DNA of 64,000 nt from Candidatus Woesebacteria bacterium. GTDB taxonomy: Bacteria; Patescibacteriota; Microgenomatia; UBA8517. The DNA is taken from NCBI GenBank assembly GCA_020061305.1, contig JAGUYM010000014.1, positions 117,920 through 181,919 on the forward strand, written 5' to 3'. The first letter of the stretch is position 1, and each line of letters opens with the position of its first letter. Below, piece by piece: positions 47,071 to 57,678 of the stretch. The position numbers and the translations under genes are program-made. Under the pieces are notes generated by a model that was not told the origin of the DNA, did no database searches, and saw nothing but the letters and a program-made list of their open reading frames with translations.

Positions 47071-47450
47071 TGACAAACTATCAAGTAGCAGATTTTTTGA
47101 TTAGGCTTAAGAATGCCGTGATGGCAGATAAAAAAGAAGTTGAGATGAAATCGACTAAACTTATTTTGGCTGTCGCCAAAACCTTAAAGGATGAAAAATA
47201 TATTAGTAATTTGGTTTTGGACAAAAATGGAAATATTAAAGTTACTCTCTCGATTTTTGCTAAAAAACCAATTTTAAGAGATGTTCGAATCGTATCGAAA
47301 CCTGGCCTTAGGATTTATGTAAATGTTGATGAATTGAAAAACAAAAGAGGACCTGAGATTTATATTCTCTCAACAAATAAAGGTGTAATGTCGGATAAAG
47401 TCGCAATTAAGAAAAATTTAGGAGGAGAACTAATAGCAAAAATATCTTAA
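47070..47450 (+). CDS. rpsH: 30S ribosomal protein S8
   Basis: [16 protein letters not shown]; start at the ATG at 47070 (TAATG overlap). Confidence 0.93.
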   Translation: MTNYQVADFLIRLKNAVMADKKEVEMKSTKLILAVAKTLKDEKYISNLVLDKNGNIKVTLSIFAKKPILRDVRIVSKPGLRIYVNVDELKNKRGPEIYILSTNKGVMSDKVAIKKNLGGELIAKIS

Positions 47451-47454
47451 CATT

Positions 47455-48000
47455 ATGAGTAAAATTGGCAAATTACCGGTAGAAATAAAGTCAGGAGTTG
47501 AGGTATCAATAACCCCATCGGAAATTGTGGTAAAAGGACCAAAAGGTGAATTGTCACTTAACTTACCTTCAATAGTTGAAGTTTCTCAAAACGAAGGAAA
47601 GATTGAAGTTAAAGTTAAAGACCAGAGCAAGCAATCCTTTAGTGTTTGGGGAACAGTTAGAAAATTGATTTCAAACATGGTTATTGGCGTTACTGATGGT
47701 TTTAAAAAACAACTGGAACTGGTGGGAACAGGATATAGAGCAGAGGTTCAGGGGGAGACTTTAGTTTTAAGCGTTGGATATTCTCACCCTGTCAAAATAC
47801 AAGCACCAAAGGGTGTAACCTTTAAAGTCGAAAAAAGTGTTATTACAGTAGATGGAATTGATAGGCAAGTCGTAGGACAGGTTGCGGCCAAAATAAGAGA
47901 GGTTAGAAAACCAGAACCGTACAAAGGAAAAGGAATAAAATACACAGATGAAGTTATAAGAAGAAAGGCGGGTAAGGCAGCAAAAGCAACCGTGTCTTAA
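47455..48000 (+). CDS. rplF: 50S ribosomal protein L6
   Basis: L6 family two-domain protein. Confidence 0.95.
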   Translation: MSKIGKLPVEIKSGVEVSITPSEIVVKGPKGELSLNLPSIVEVSQNEGKIEVKVKDQSKQSFSVWGTVRKLISNMVIGVTDGFKKQLELVGTGYRAEVQGETLVLSVGYSHPVKIQAPKGVTFKVEKSVITVDGIDRQVVGQVAAKIREVRKPEPYKGKGIKYTDEVIRRKAGKAAKATVS

Positions 48001-48010
48001 AAAATAAAAC

Positions 48011-48262
48011 ATGGTAAAAATTAAAATAAACAAATCAAACAAATTTATTTATATACAGGCCATTGATGATGATGGTAAGGTCCTTTTTGGAATTAGGAAA
48101 AGTAAAAAGATGATTGAAAGTAAAAGGGGTGGCCTTGAGATGGCTGAAAAACTTCTTAATCTTAAAATTAAACAAGTTGTTTTTGACAGAAATAGATATA
48201 GATATCAAGGGCGGGTAAAAGAAGTGGCAGAAGGGTTAAGAGGGGGGGGTATTAAAGTATGA
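48011..48262 (+). CDS. rplR: 50S ribosomal protein L18, N-terminally truncated (83 aa)
   Basis: C-terminal L18 core ...FDRNRYRYQGRVKEVAEGLRGGGIKV; lacks the basic N-terminal extension. Confidence 0.85.
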   Translation: MVKIKINKSNKFIYIQAIDDDGKVLFGIRKSKKMIESKRGGLEMAEKLLNLKIKQVVFDRNRYRYQGRVKEVAEGLRGGGIKV

Positions 48263-48726
48263 TTGAAAAAGAATTTAACGAATCGGTAGTTGAAATAAAT
48301 AGGATTTCCAAAAAAACAAAAGGTGGAAATCAAATAAGATTTGCCGCTGTGGTAGTTGTTGGAGACAAAAATGGCAAAGTGGGTGTTGGAATATCAAAGG
48401 CAACTGATGTTAGGAATGCCATAAGAAAAGCGATTGAAGATGCTAAAAAACACATGGTTTCAATTATTATGAAAAGTACTACAATTCCTTATTCTGTGGT
48501 GTCAAAAGTTGGCGCCTCAAAAGTTTTGTTAAAACCAGCCCCCCCTGGTTCTGGTATTATTGCTGGAGGTCCAATGAGAATTGTCTTGGAAGCGTCGGGG
48601 ATTAGGGACATTGTAGGAAAAACTTTGGGAAGTAACAATAAACTTTCAAATATCAGAGCAACGATTAAAGCCTTAGTTGAATCGTCAGAAATTCACATCA
48701 GAAAGGAGACTATTAAAAATGGCTAA
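48259..48726 (+). CDS. rpsE: 30S ribosomal protein S5
   Basis: S5 dsRBD and C-domain (GGNQIRFAAVVVVGDKNGKVGVG). Confidence 0.95.
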   Translation: MIEKEFNESVVEINRISKKTKGGNQIRFAAVVVVGDKNGKVGVGISKATDVRNAIRKAIEDAKKHMVSIIMKSTTIPYSVVSKVGASKVLLKPAPPGSGIIAGGPMRIVLEASGIRDIVGKTLGSNNKLSNIRATIKALVESSEIHIRKETIKNG

Positions 48727-49087
48727 AAGAGTAGGAAGGGGTTATGGTAGTGGTAAGGGTGGGCACACTACAGGCAGGGGTCAAAAAGGACAAAAAGCCA
48801 GAGGGAAACTGCACATTCTGTTTGAGGGTTTAAAAGTAAAGAAGTCAACACTTAAAAAATTACCCTTTTTAAGAGGAAGAGGAAAATTTAAAGCAGTAGC
48901 GAAGCCTGTTATTGTTAGTATTAAAAAAATTGAGGAAAAATTTAAGAAAGGCGAAACAATAAGTGTTGAGTCTTTAGCAAAACATGGCTTAATAAATAAA
49001 AAAGATGCATTAAAATTTGGAGTTAAGGTATTAGGAAAAAGTGTTAATAAAGAAAATTATAAATTTGAGGTTAAAGTTTCAAAATAA
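48719..49087 (+). CDS. rplO: 50S ribosomal protein L15
   Basis: MAKRVGRGYGSGKGGHTTGRGQKGQKAR; start at 48719 overlaps the rpsE end by 8 nt, so there is no L30 gene in between. Confidence 0.9.
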   Translation: MAKRVGRGYGSGKGGHTTGRGQKGQKARGKLHILFEGLKVKKSTLKKLPFLRGRGKFKAVAKPVIVSIKKIEEKFKKGETISVESLAKHGLINKKDALKFGVKVLGKSVNKENYKFEVKVSK

Positions 49088-50368
49088 ATGTTTCAAAAAA
49101 TTGCCCAGTTTTTCAAAAAAATAATATCCCACCATACTTTAAGAAAGAAAGTTCTTATAACAGCAGGGATAATACTTTTTTTTAGAATTGCAGCCCACAT
49201 ACCCGTTTCTGGAGTTGATAAGGCAAGTCTTTCTGCACTATTTTTAGGTAGTCCCCTACTTTCACTTTTAGATGTATTTTCAGGCGGAACCCTTGCAAAC
49301 TTTTCAATAATGGCACTGGGCCTCAATCCATATATTAATGCCTCGATTATTATGCAAATTTTAGGGTATGTTGTTCCTCAACTTGAGGAATTACAAAAAG
49401 AGGGAGAATATGGACAGGAAAAAATAAATCAATACACAAGATATCTAACAGTCCCACTTTCAATTATGCAGAGTTTTGGGATGTATGCGCTTTTGAAATC
49501 TCAAGGAATAATGGGAAATTTGGGATTAACAGATCTAATAATCTTATGCCTTACGATGACAGCAGGGACAATGCTTGCAGTTTGGTTCGGAGATTTAATT
49601 ACTCAATATGCCTTTAAAAATGGAGTATCAATTTTAATTTTTGTAGGTATTATCTCAAGGCTTCCTGTAACTGTAGGCCAAACCCTAACAGGTTTAAGAC
49701 AAGAAGACATATTAAAACTTATAATATTTGTTGTACTTGCGATAGTTGTTATGGGACTTATTATTTTTGTAAATGAAGCCATAAGAAGAATTCCAATAAG
49801 TTATGCCAAATCATCTCTTTCATTAAGACAAGGTGCCTCCTATCTACCGCTTCGTTTAAATCAGGCGGGAGTAATACCAATTATCTTTGCTGTTTCATTG
49901 ATACTTATGCCGTCAATGATTACCCAATTTTTGGGTGCATCTGGAAACTCAGCAATTTCTCAAATTTCTTTAAATATTCAAAAGTATTTTAATCCTAATT
50001 CATTAATATATAATTTGGTTTATTTCATTTTGGTTATGGGTTTTACATATTTTTATACAACCGTGGTTTTTAATCCAGAAAAAATCTCAGAAAATTTACA
50101 GAAATCGGGCGGATTTATACCGGGAATAAGACCCGGTTCGTCGACAATTAAATATTTAAGTTTTGTTTTAAATAGATTGACTTTGGTGGGAGCGGGTTTT
50201 TTAGCAACGGTTGCAGTATTGCCATCCTTTTTCCAAAATTCAATAGGAGTAAGTAATCTTGCAATCGGCGGAACTGGTGTTTTAATTGCAATTTCAGTGG
50301 TTCTAGAACTCATCCGCGAAATCGAAGGAGATATTTTAATGAGTAGATATGAAGGCTTTTCAGAATGA
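49088..50368 (+). CDS. secY: preprotein translocase subunit SecY
   Basis: 10 TM segments, SecY signature regions. Confidence 0.95.
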   Translation: MFQKIAQFFKKIISHHTLRKKVLITAGIILFFRIAAHIPVSGVDKASLSALFLGSPLLSLLDVFSGGTLANFSIMALGLNPYINASIIMQILGYVVPQLEELQKEGEYGQEKINQYTRYLTVPLSIMQSFGMYALLKSQGIMGNLGLTDLIILCLTMTAGTMLAVWFGDLITQYAFKNGVSILIFVGIISRLPVTVGQTLTGLRQEDILKLIIFVVLAIVVMGLIIFVNEAIRRIPISYAKSSLSLRQGASYLPLRLNQAGVIPIIFAVSLILMPSMITQFLGASGNSAISQISLNIQKYFNPNSLIYNLVYFILVMGFTYFYTTVVFNPEKISENLQKSGGFIPGIRPGSSTIKYLSFVLNRLTLVGAGFLATVAVLPSFFQNSIGVSNLAIGGTGVLIAISVVLELIREIEGDILMSRYEGFSE

Positions 50369-51009
50369 ATATAGTATTTTTAGGGACACAGGGATCAGGT
50401 AAGGGAACACAAGCAAGACTTCTTTGCGAGAAATTTGGTTTTTTTTATTTTGAGTCTGGGGCATATCTAAGAAAAATAGCTCAAGATAATCAAGAAGTAA
50501 GAGATATGTTAAATCAGGGAATAATGGTCCCTGATAAAGAAATGACCTCATATTTAACAGCTTACCTTGATCAAGAGCATCTATATGATGATATCATCTT
50601 TGATGGGTTTCCGAGAAATATAGATCAATATTTTTTTTTAAAAAAATGGCTTTTTGATAAAAAAGTTGAAATTAATCTTTGCTTTGTTTTAACAATTTCA
50701 GAAAACGAAACAATAAGAAGACTATCAGGCAGAAGAATAGATCCTGAGACCGGAAAAATTTATAATCTTGTTACTGAAAAAATTCCAGAAAGTGTTGATG
50801 TAAATAAACTAATACAAAGAGAAGATGACAAACTCGTAGCCATTAAAAAAAGACTCGAACTTTATAATACTAAGACAAAAGTTTTAATTTCTGAAATTAA
50901 AAAAGACACCACTGTTTATGAAATAAATGGTGAAAGGACAGTTGATGAAGTACAGCAAGAATTAGTTTCTATAATTGAAAAATTTAAAAATGAACAAACT
51001 TCAAATTAA
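50365..51009 (+). CDS. adk: adenylate kinase
   Basis: P-loop FLGTQGSGKGTQA; lid without Cys4. Confidence 0.93.
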   Translation: MNIVFLGTQGSGKGTQARLLCEKFGFFYFESGAYLRKIAQDNQEVRDMLNQGIMVPDKEMTSYLTAYLDQEHLYDDIIFDGFPRNIDQYFFLKKWLFDKKVEINLCFVLTISENETIRRLSGRRIDPETGKIYNLVTEKIPESVDVNKLIQREDDKLVAIKKRLELYNTKTKVLISEIKKDTTVYEINGERTVDEVQQELVSIIEKFKNEQTSN

Positions 51010-51745
51010 AACCCCTAAAGATTTTGAAATTATGAAAGAAGGAGGAAAACTCCTTAATAAGATTAAAAATGTGTTGGTTAAAAAAATTAAAATAGGAGTA
51101 AATGCCAAAGATATTGATGATTTGGCTGAAAAGTTAATTCTTGAAAGTGGTGGTAAGCCATCCTTTAAGATGGTGCCCCATTATAAATGGAGTACTTGTA
51201 TAAATGTGAATGAAGGTGTGGTTCATGGGATACCTCATAAAGAAATTGTTTTTAAAGAGGGAGATTTGGTAAGCCTTGACATTGGAATGTATTACAAAGG
51301 ATTTCATACTGATACATCAATAAGTTTGGGCTTAAACACTGACAAAAAGATTAATAAATTTCTGGGAGTGGGGAGAGAAGCTTTTAATAATGCTGTTTTG
51401 ACAATTATTCCAAACAAATCTTATATCTACGATATTTCACTGGCAATTGAAAAAACTTTGGATGTACACAACTTAAATCCAATTTTGGATTTAACCGGTC
51501 ATGGTATAGGTAAAAAATTACATGAATACCCTTATGTGCCTTGTTTTGTTGAGGATATTCGAGAAAATACACTAAAAATTATTCCAGGGATGGCCATAGC
51601 GGTTGAGGTAATGTATACTTTTGGAAAACCCGACTTAATTAAAGCCAGTGATGGGTGGACAATTAAGACTAAGGATGGTAAAATAGCAGGACTTTTTGAA
51701 GATACGGTAATTGTTACTGAAAACGGTTATCAGATAATCACATAA
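50990..51745 (+). CDS. map: methionine aminopeptidase type I
   Basis: pita-bread fold motifs; start at the internal ATG at 50990 is preferred (ORF track 50975). Confidence 0.88.
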   Translation: MNKLQIKTPKDFEIMKEGGKLLNKIKNVLVKKIKIGVNAKDIDDLAEKLILESGGKPSFKMVPHYKWSTCINVNEGVVHGIPHKEIVFKEGDLVSLDIGMYYKGFHTDTSISLGLNTDKKINKFLGVGREAFNNAVLTIIPNKSYIYDISLAIEKTLDVHNLNPILDLTGHGIGKKLHEYPYVPCFVEDIRENTLKIIPGMAIAVEVMYTFGKPDLIKASDGWTIKTKDGKIAGLFEDTVIVTENGYQIIT

Positions 51746-51772
51746 GTACTTTGTGGTTATTTTTTTGTCAAG

Positions 51773-51988
51773 ATGAAAAGAAACGATAATTTTACAAAAA
51801 TAGGTGAAGTCAAGGAACTTCTTCCAAACACCATGTTTAGAATCGCAATGGATGATGGGAAGCTGGTTTTGGCTACCCTAAAAGGTTCTTTAAGAAAATC
51901 GTATGTAAGAGTTTTCCCTGGGGATAGAGTCAGAGTTGAGATGACTCCTTATGATGAGGCAAGGGGAAGAATAGTGGGTAAATTGTAA
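51773..51988 (+). CDS. infA: translation initiation factor IF-1
   Basis: S1-like OB fold, 71 aa. Confidence 0.93.
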   Translation: MKRNDNFTKIGEVKELLPNTMFRIAMDDGKLVLATLKGSLRKSYVRVFPGDRVRVEMTPYDEARGRIVGKL

Positions 51989-51992
51989 ATAT

Positions 51993-52106
51993 ATGAAAGT
52001 TGTAGCGTCCGTAAAGAAAAGATGTAAGAGTTGCAAACTCATCAAAAGAGCTGGGGTGTTGCGTGTTATTTGTATAAACCCAAGACATAAACAAAGACAG
52101 GGATAA
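51993..52106 (+). CDS. rpmJ: 50S ribosomal protein L36 (37 aa; absent from ORF track)
   Basis: manual translation [37 protein letters not shown] with zinc-ribbon Cys/His. Confidence 0.88.
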   Translation: MKVVASVKKRCKSCKLIKRAGVLRVICINPRHKQRQG

Positions 52107-52107
52107 T

Positions 52108-52512
52108 ATGGCGAGAATATCAGGAATAGAACTAAACGACAATTTAAGGATTGATTATGCCTTAACAAGAGTTAAAGGTATAGGTTGGGCATTGTCTAAA
52201 AAAATACTTGAAGATTTAAAAGTTGATTCTTCTGTCAGGCTTAAAGACATTAAACCTGAAGATTTAAATAAAATTAATTCAAAAATGGAAGAGTATCCAA
52301 CGGAGGGAGAGCTGGTAAGAAGAGTACGAAGTGATATTTCAAGACTTCAGGCAATTGGTTCGTATAAGGGACTAAGGCATTCAAGGGGTTTGCCCGTAAG
52401 AGGTCAACGAACCAAAACAAATGCCAGAACCAAAAGAGGAAAGAGGAAGACTGTGGGAGCATTTAAGAAGGAGGAGCTTGCCAAACAGAAACAGGCACAA
52501 AAAGACAAATGA
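52108..52512 (+). CDS. rpsM: 30S ribosomal protein S13
   Basis: [26 protein letters not shown]. Confidence 0.95.
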   Translation: MARISGIELNDNLRIDYALTRVKGIGWALSKKILEDLKVDSSVRLKDIKPEDLNKINSKMEEYPTEGELVRRVRSDISRLQAIGSYKGLRHSRGLPVRGQRTKTNARTKRGKRKTVGAFKKEELAKQKQAQKDK

Positions 52513-52862
52513 TGAAAAAACAAATAGGTAAAGTATATGTTAGCGCATCCTTTAATAATACACTGGTAAGTGTTTGTGATGAAAAAGGTAATATACTGGT
52601 GTGGTCATCTTCCGGAGCAGTTGGTTTCAAGGGAACAAGAAGGTCAACTCCCTTCGCTGCAACTACGGCAATCGAAACGGCTATGACAAAAGCTAAAGAC
52701 AAAGGAATTAGTGAAGTTGAAATTTACATTAAGGGGCCTGGGGCAGGTAGAGATGCAGCACTTCGTGCGATTAAAGCTTCAGGACTAAAAATATCATTAA
52801 TAGCTGATGTGACGCCAATGCCACATAATGGACCAAGACCAAAAAAGAAAAGGAGGGCATGA
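52509..52862 (+). CDS. rpsK: 30S ribosomal protein S11
   Basis: S11 family. Confidence 0.95.
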   Translation: MMKKQIGKVYVSASFNNTLVSVCDEKGNILVWSSSGAVGFKGTRRSTPFAATTAIETAMTKAKDKGISEVEIYIKGPGAGRDAALRAIKASGLKISLIADVTPMPHNGPRPKKKRRA

Positions 52863-53464
52863 TGGGAAAATATAATGGACCAAAAGATAGGTTAAGTAGG
52901 AGAGAGGGAATAGATTTGTTTGGTAAGGGTGTAAAATTAACTCGACTAAATATTCCCCCCGGAGTGCATGGACCGAAAGGGGTTACGAAATCTCAATCAC
53001 AATACGGTAAACAACTAAGAGAAAAACAAAAAGTCAAAAGATTGTACGGTTTATTTGAAAAGCAATTTTCTCGTTATATAGAAAAAGCCTTAAAACATAA
53101 AGGAAATACAGGAGAAGCACTTTTATCACTTCTTGAGAGAAGGTTGGACAATGTGGTTTATAGATTAGGATTTGCCAAAACCAGACCAATGGCAAGACAA
53201 CTTGTTTCTCATGGGCATATCTTAGTAAATGGCAAGAAGGTTAATATTTCATCTTATATGGTTAAAGTTAATGATGTAGTATCTCTATCTCCCAAATCCG
53301 TAGCAATACCTCATGTTAAAAAGCTTTTGGAAATAGAAGGCTACATGGTACCGAATTGGCTTGAGAGAAAGGAATTTGTGGGTAAAATTGTGGAAGTTCC
53401 AGAGAGGTCGGATATAGTTGAGCCTATTTTCGAACAAGATGTCGTTGAGTTCTACTCAAGATAG
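52859..53464 (+). CDS. rpsD: 30S ribosomal protein S4
   Basis: S4 N-domain and S4 RNA-binding domain; alternative start 52862. Confidence 0.93.
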   Translation: MMGKYNGPKDRLSRREGIDLFGKGVKLTRLNIPPGVHGPKGVTKSQSQYGKQLREKQKVKRLYGLFEKQFSRYIEKALKHKGNTGEALLSLLERRLDNVVYRLGFAKTRPMARQLVSHGHILVNGKKVNISSYMVKVNDVVSLSPKSVAIPHVKKLLEIEGYMVPNWLERKEFVGKIVEVPERSDIVEPIFEQDVVEFYSR

Positions 53465-53491
53465 TGGTAGAATCGAAAAACTTGAAATGAG

Positions 53492-54409
53492 GTGATTTTT
53501 ATGTCGCAAACAATATTTGAATTAATCGAAGAAGAAAAAGGTAAAAATTACTCTAGGGTGGTCATTTCCCCGCTTCAGCAGGGATATGGTTACACACTAG
53601 GACACTCGTTGAGAAGGGTTTTATTATCCTCGCTTCCTGGAGCAGCCTTTACTTCCGTAAAAATCGCAGGTGTAAATCATCAATTTTCATCACTTTCAGG
53701 AATGAAAGAGGATATAGTTGAATTTTGCTTAAATTTAAAAAAAGTAAGACTTTCATATACAGGTGATAAGCAAGTTTTAGCAAGTCTAAAAGTTGCTACA
53801 CCAGGTGAAGTTAAAGCAGGAGATATTAAATTACCCACGGGGGTAACTGTATCAAATCCTGATTTAGTTTTGGCTGTGTTGAATAAAGGTGCCAAACTTG
53901 AAGCTCAGATGACTATTGAGTCGGGAGTCGGATATTCAACAGCGGATACGCGATCAACAGGAGAATTGGGTTTAATAGCTTTAGATGCATCTTTTTCCCC
54001 AGTTGTCCGTGTCAATTATAAAGTAGAGGAAACTCGTGTAGGAAGACTTACAAATTATGACAAACTAACTCTTGAAATTTGGACAGACGGGACGATTGAT
54101 GGCAAAAAAGCCATCCAATTAGGTGCTCAAATTCTTTCGGATTATTACATGCAGATAGTTAATCCAAAAGTAGTTAAAAAAGAAGAGATAGATGAAACAA
54201 AAAATGACTTGGGATTAGTAGGAAAACTTTCAGTTGAAGAAATTGGTCTTCCAACAAGAGTAGCAAACGCCTTAGTAAAAGCTGGTTATGAGTCAGTTGA
54301 AGCTTTAGTTAATGCCGATAAAAATGAACTGGTAAAAGTGAGAAATCTTGGTGAAAAGTCCTTAAAAATTATTTCAGCCGCATTGGGTGAAAAAGGTGTC
54401 TCCTTTTAA
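53492..54409 (+). CDS. rpoA: DNA-directed RNA polymerase subunit alpha
   Basis: NTD dimerisation motifs (GYGYTLGHSLRRVLLSSLPGAA) and CTD; alternative start 53501. Confidence 0.93.
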   Translation: MIFMSQTIFELIEEEKGKNYSRVVISPLQQGYGYTLGHSLRRVLLSSLPGAAFTSVKIAGVNHQFSSLSGMKEDIVEFCLNLKKVRLSYTGDKQVLASLKVATPGEVKAGDIKLPTGVTVSNPDLVLAVLNKGAKLEAQMTIESGVGYSTADTRSTGELGLIALDASFSPVVRVNYKVEETRVGRLTNYDKLTLEIWTDGTIDGKKAIQLGAQILSDYYMQIVNPKVVKKEEIDETKNDLGLVGKLSVEEIGLPTRVANALVKAGYESVEALVNADKNELVKVRNLGEKSLKIISAALGEKGVSF

Positions 54410-54425
54410 TTTTAACTAGGTTATC

Positions 54426-54818
54426 ATGAAGAAAAAGATATTTGGCAGAAAGCTTTCCAGAGAAAGGGCATCAAGAGAGGCCTTGTTTGTGTCACTGGTG
54501 GAGAATTTTATCTTAAACGGAAAAATTACTACAACAAAAGCAAAGGCTAAGGCGGTGGTTGGTTTAATTGATGGTTTGGTTGTCTTGTCTAAAAAAACAA
54601 CACTTGGAGCTAGGAGATTGATACTTAAAAAAGTTAGAGGAAATACAAAAGTTTTAGCAAAACTTTCAAAAGAGGCAGAAAATTTCAAAGATAGAATTGG
54701 AGGCTATACAAAATTAATACCACTTCCAAATCGAAAAGGTGATATGGCCAAAATGGTAAGAATTGAGTGGGTCAAAAATAAAAATGAAAACTTATCAACC
54801 AAAAAAGAGGGAAATTAA
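54426..54818 (+). CDS. rplQ: 50S ribosomal protein L17
   Basis: L17 family. Confidence 0.92.
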   Translation: MKKKIFGRKLSRERASREALFVSLVENFILNGKITTTKAKAKAVVGLIDGLVVLSKKTTLGARRLILKKVRGNTKVLAKLSKEAENFKDRIGGYTKLIPLPNRKGDMAKMVRIEWVKNKNENLSTKKEGN

Positions 54819-55197
54819 AAGAAGTTGGCATCTATTGGATGCCAAAGACCAGATTTTAGGAAGACTTGCAGCTAAAACGAGTCAGCTTCTGATGGGGAAA
54901 CATAAAGTCAGCTATTCTACACATATGGATTCTGGTGATAATGTCGTAATTATTAATTGCGAGAAAGTAAAACTTTCAGGTAAAAAGAATGAAAGCAAAA
55001 TTTATGTTAGCCATTCAGGATACCCAGGAGGATATAAAGAAACTAAAATTCAAAAATTGAGGAAAGAAAATCCTGAAAGAATCCTCGAAAAAGCAATTTA
55101 TGGAATGCTTCCTGCAAATAGGTTAAGAAGCAACAGGATGAATAGACTTTTTTTAATAAAAGGGGATAAAAATAAATATGAAAACAAGTTTAAATAA
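54784..55197 (+). CDS. rplM: 50S ribosomal protein L13
   Basis: MKTYQPKKREIKRSWHLLDAKDQILGRLAA; start at the internal ATG overlaps the rplQ 3' end by 35 nt. Confidence 0.88.
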   Translation: MKTYQPKKREIKRSWHLLDAKDQILGRLAAKTSQLLMGKHKVSYSTHMDSGDNVVIINCEKVKLSGKKNESKIYVSHSGYPGGYKETKIQKLRKENPERILEKAIYGMLPANRLRSNRMNRLFLIKGDKNKYENKFK

Positions 55198-55591
55198 TAA
55201 AAAATATATATATACTGTTGGCAGAAGAAAAACATCTTCCGCTAGGATAAGGCTGTTTAAAGGTAAGGGGGAGTCAATTGTTAACGGCCTAAGTCTTTCT
55301 GACTTTGTAAAAAATTCTAAGTACAAAATTTTACTTGAAAAGCCCCTAAAATTAACTGACACAATTGATAACTTTTACTTTACTGCAAAAGTTGCTGGCG
55401 GTGGAGTTGTTAGTCAAATTTCTGCAATTGTACATGGAATTTCAAGAGCACTCATTAAAGTTTCAGCTGAGAAACATAAGTCGATTCTTAAAAAAGCAGG
55501 ACTATTAACCCGCGACCCAAGAGAAAGACAAAGAAGAATGGCGGGAACAGGGGGAAAAGCTAGAAGACAAAAGCAATCCCCTAAGCGTTAA
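55178..55591 (+). CDS. rpsI: 30S ribosomal protein S9
   Basis: ...GGKARRQKQSPKR C-terminus, S9 family. Confidence 0.93.
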   Translation: MKTSLNNKKYIYTVGRRKTSSARIRLFKGKGESIVNGLSLSDFVKNSKYKILLEKPLKLTDTIDNFYFTAKVAGGGVVSQISAIVHGISRALIKVSAEKHKSILKKAGLLTRDPRERQRRMAGTGGKARRQKQSPKR

Positions 55592-55897
55592 GATGAAAAA
55601 GAAAAACTCAATAAATCAAAAAAGGGTAATTTAAGGAAGTATGCGAGTAAATTGCTTCACTTTGTTCGTAATGACATTGGGGTTCATGGTATAATCGTGC
55701 AACTTAAAATTATTTTGGTCACATTTGTAACCAACTGAAATTAACTGAAATAATTTGATCAAATTATTTTGACGGAGATTAGTTTAAGAGTAGAATGGGT
55801 GCATGGGGTGCATCTGGCGAGTGTGCGACTCACTCATCTCCGACTAAATCGCTACTTGCATTTGGTAATACTTCGTATTATTGTATAAACAATAGCA

Positions 55898-56986
55898 ATG
55901 GCAAAGAAGAAGAATGAAACAGTTGAAACTCCAGTAAAACAGGAAGGTTCTGCTCAAAAACTTCAGGCAATTAAGATTGCCATGGAACAAATTGAAAAAC
56001 AATATGGCAAAGGTTCTATTATGAAACTTGGCGAGGGTACAAAAGACATTAAAATTGATGTTATACCAACCGGGTCAATTGCACTTGATCTAGCTCTTGG
56101 CGTTGGAGGTTTACCTAGAGGTAGAATAATTGAAATATATGGCCCCGAAGCTTCAGGTAAAACGACCCTTGCTTTATCTGTTATCGCAGAAGCTCAAAAG
56201 ACGGGAGGGCAATGTGCCTTTGTTGATGCTGAACACGCCCTTGATCCTGTCAGGGCCGAGACAATTGGTGTCAATTTGGATGAACTTTTGTTATCTCAGC
56301 CCGATACAGGCGAACAGGCCTTGGAGATTACTGAGACTTTGGTTAGGAGTGGAGCCTTAGATGTAATTGTTGTCGATTCGGTAGCAGCCCTTGTTCCAAG
56401 AGCTGAGCTTGAGGGGCAGATGGGTGATGCTGTAATGGGTCTTCAGGCTCGTTTGATGTCTCAGGCATTAAGGAAATTAACGGGTGCAATTAGTAAAAGC
56501 AAAACAGTTCTGATATTTACAAATCAACTTCGCCAAAAAATTGGAGTCATGTTTGGTAACCCTGAAACTACAACGGGTGGAATGGCTTTAAAGTTTTACG
56601 CTTCAGTAAGACTTGACATTAGGAGAGTAGAATCGATAAAAGGTGAGGGAGATAATATAATTGGAACAAGAGCAAGAGTCAGGGTTGTTAAAAATAAAGT
56701 TGCACCCCCCTTAAAGGTGGCCGAGTTTGACATCATGAATGATGAAGGAATCAGTAAATCAGGGAATTTTTTAGATGTGGCTTTGGATTTAGGAATTTTG
56801 ACAAAGTCAGGATCTTTTGTAAATTATGAAGGAAAAGTTTTAGCACAAGGGAGAGAGGGTGCCAAAAATTACATAAAAGAAAATTTTAAATTTGCAGAAG
56901 AATTAGAAAAAAGAATCAGAACAATGATGACTTCTGGTAAAAAACTTCCTAAAGAAATAGGAGAAGAAGAAAAAGAGGATGAATGA
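55898..56986 (+). CDS. recA: recombinase RecA
   Basis: [12 protein letters not shown] Walker A, RecA L1/L2 loops. Confidence 0.97.
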   Translation: MAKKKNETVETPVKQEGSAQKLQAIKIAMEQIEKQYGKGSIMKLGEGTKDIKIDVIPTGSIALDLALGVGGLPRGRIIEIYGPEASGKTTLALSVIAEAQKTGGQCAFVDAEHALDPVRAETIGVNLDELLLSQPDTGEQALEITETLVRSGALDVIVVDSVAALVPRAELEGQMGDAVMGLQARLMSQALRKLTGAISKSKTVLIFTNQLRQKIGVMFGNPETTTGGMALKFYASVRLDIRRVESIKGEGDNIIGTRARVRVVKNKVAPPLKVAEFDIMNDEGISKSGNFLDVALDLGILTKSGSFVNYEGKVLAQGREGAKNYIKENFKFAEELEKRIRTMMTSGKKLPKEIGEEEKEDE

Positions 56987-57010
56987 TTTCTAATCGTTTT
57001 AGTTGATTTA

Positions 57011-57628
57011 ATGCCCAAAATAACTTCAATAGTTACACAAAAAAACAAAAACAGGGTTAGTGTCTTTTTGGATGACAAATTTTCATTTGGAATTGATCTT
57101 GATAATTTTTTCAAATTTAAATTAAAAGTAGAACAAGAGCTAAGTGAAGAAGAAATTGAAAAGATAAAAGAAACTTCAAATAAAAAAAAGATTTTAGACA
57201 ATATCATAAAGTTTGCAATGATTAGGCCACGAAGTGAAAAAGAAATTGTGGATTGGCTAAAACGCAGGCATATCGATGTATTAATACATCGATATGTGAT
57301 TAAAAAATTAGCAGGCCTAAAACTTATTAATGATTTAGACTTTGCAAAGTGGTGGGTGGAAATGCGACTTTCACAGGGAAAGTCGCAAAGATCTATGATT
57401 TATGATTTAAGATCTAAGGGAATAAGCGTGGAAACAATAAAACAAGTTTTGTCAGAAGTAGAAATTGATGAAGTGAAAATGGCAAAAGATTTAATAAATA
57501 AAAAAATGTATAAATGGCAAAGATTTGATGAAAAAATCCGTCGTCAAAAAATATCACAATACTTATTGGGCAAAGGTTTTGATTGGAATGTTATTAATAA
57601 TGTGGTAAAATTCGGAATAGGAGAATAA
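57011..57628 (+). CDS. recX: RecA regulator RecX
   Basis: three-helix-repeat protein directly downstream of recA. Confidence 0.75.
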   Translation: MPKITSIVTQKNKNRVSVFLDDKFSFGIDLDNFFKFKLKVEQELSEEEIEKIKETSNKKKILDNIIKFAMIRPRSEKEIVDWLKRRHIDVLIHRYVIKKLAGLKLINDLDFAKWWVEMRLSQGKSQRSMIYDLRSKGISVETIKQVLSEVEIDEVKMAKDLINKKMYKWQRFDEKIRRQKISQYLLGKGFDWNVINNVVKFGIGE

Positions 57629-57678
57629 AGGTATGAGTAAATTAGATACATTTGCTTCCAGATTAAGCTCCGTTTTAT

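Noticed and set aside
54784-54818. 35-nt overlap between rplQ and rplM as a possible frameshift or annotation error
   Set aside because: The L13 N-terminus (MKTYQPKKREIKRSWHLLDA) aligns with canonical L13 starts, and the L17 C-terminal tail is variable. The overlap is plausible as real, but not confirmable here.
55592-55897. Short ORFs (13-40 codons) in the rpsI-recA spacer, e.g. the MGAWGASGECATHSSP... ORF running into recA
   Set aside because: No SD or promoter context, they overlap recA out of frame, and the composition is not protein-like. The region is more likely regulatory or non-coding.
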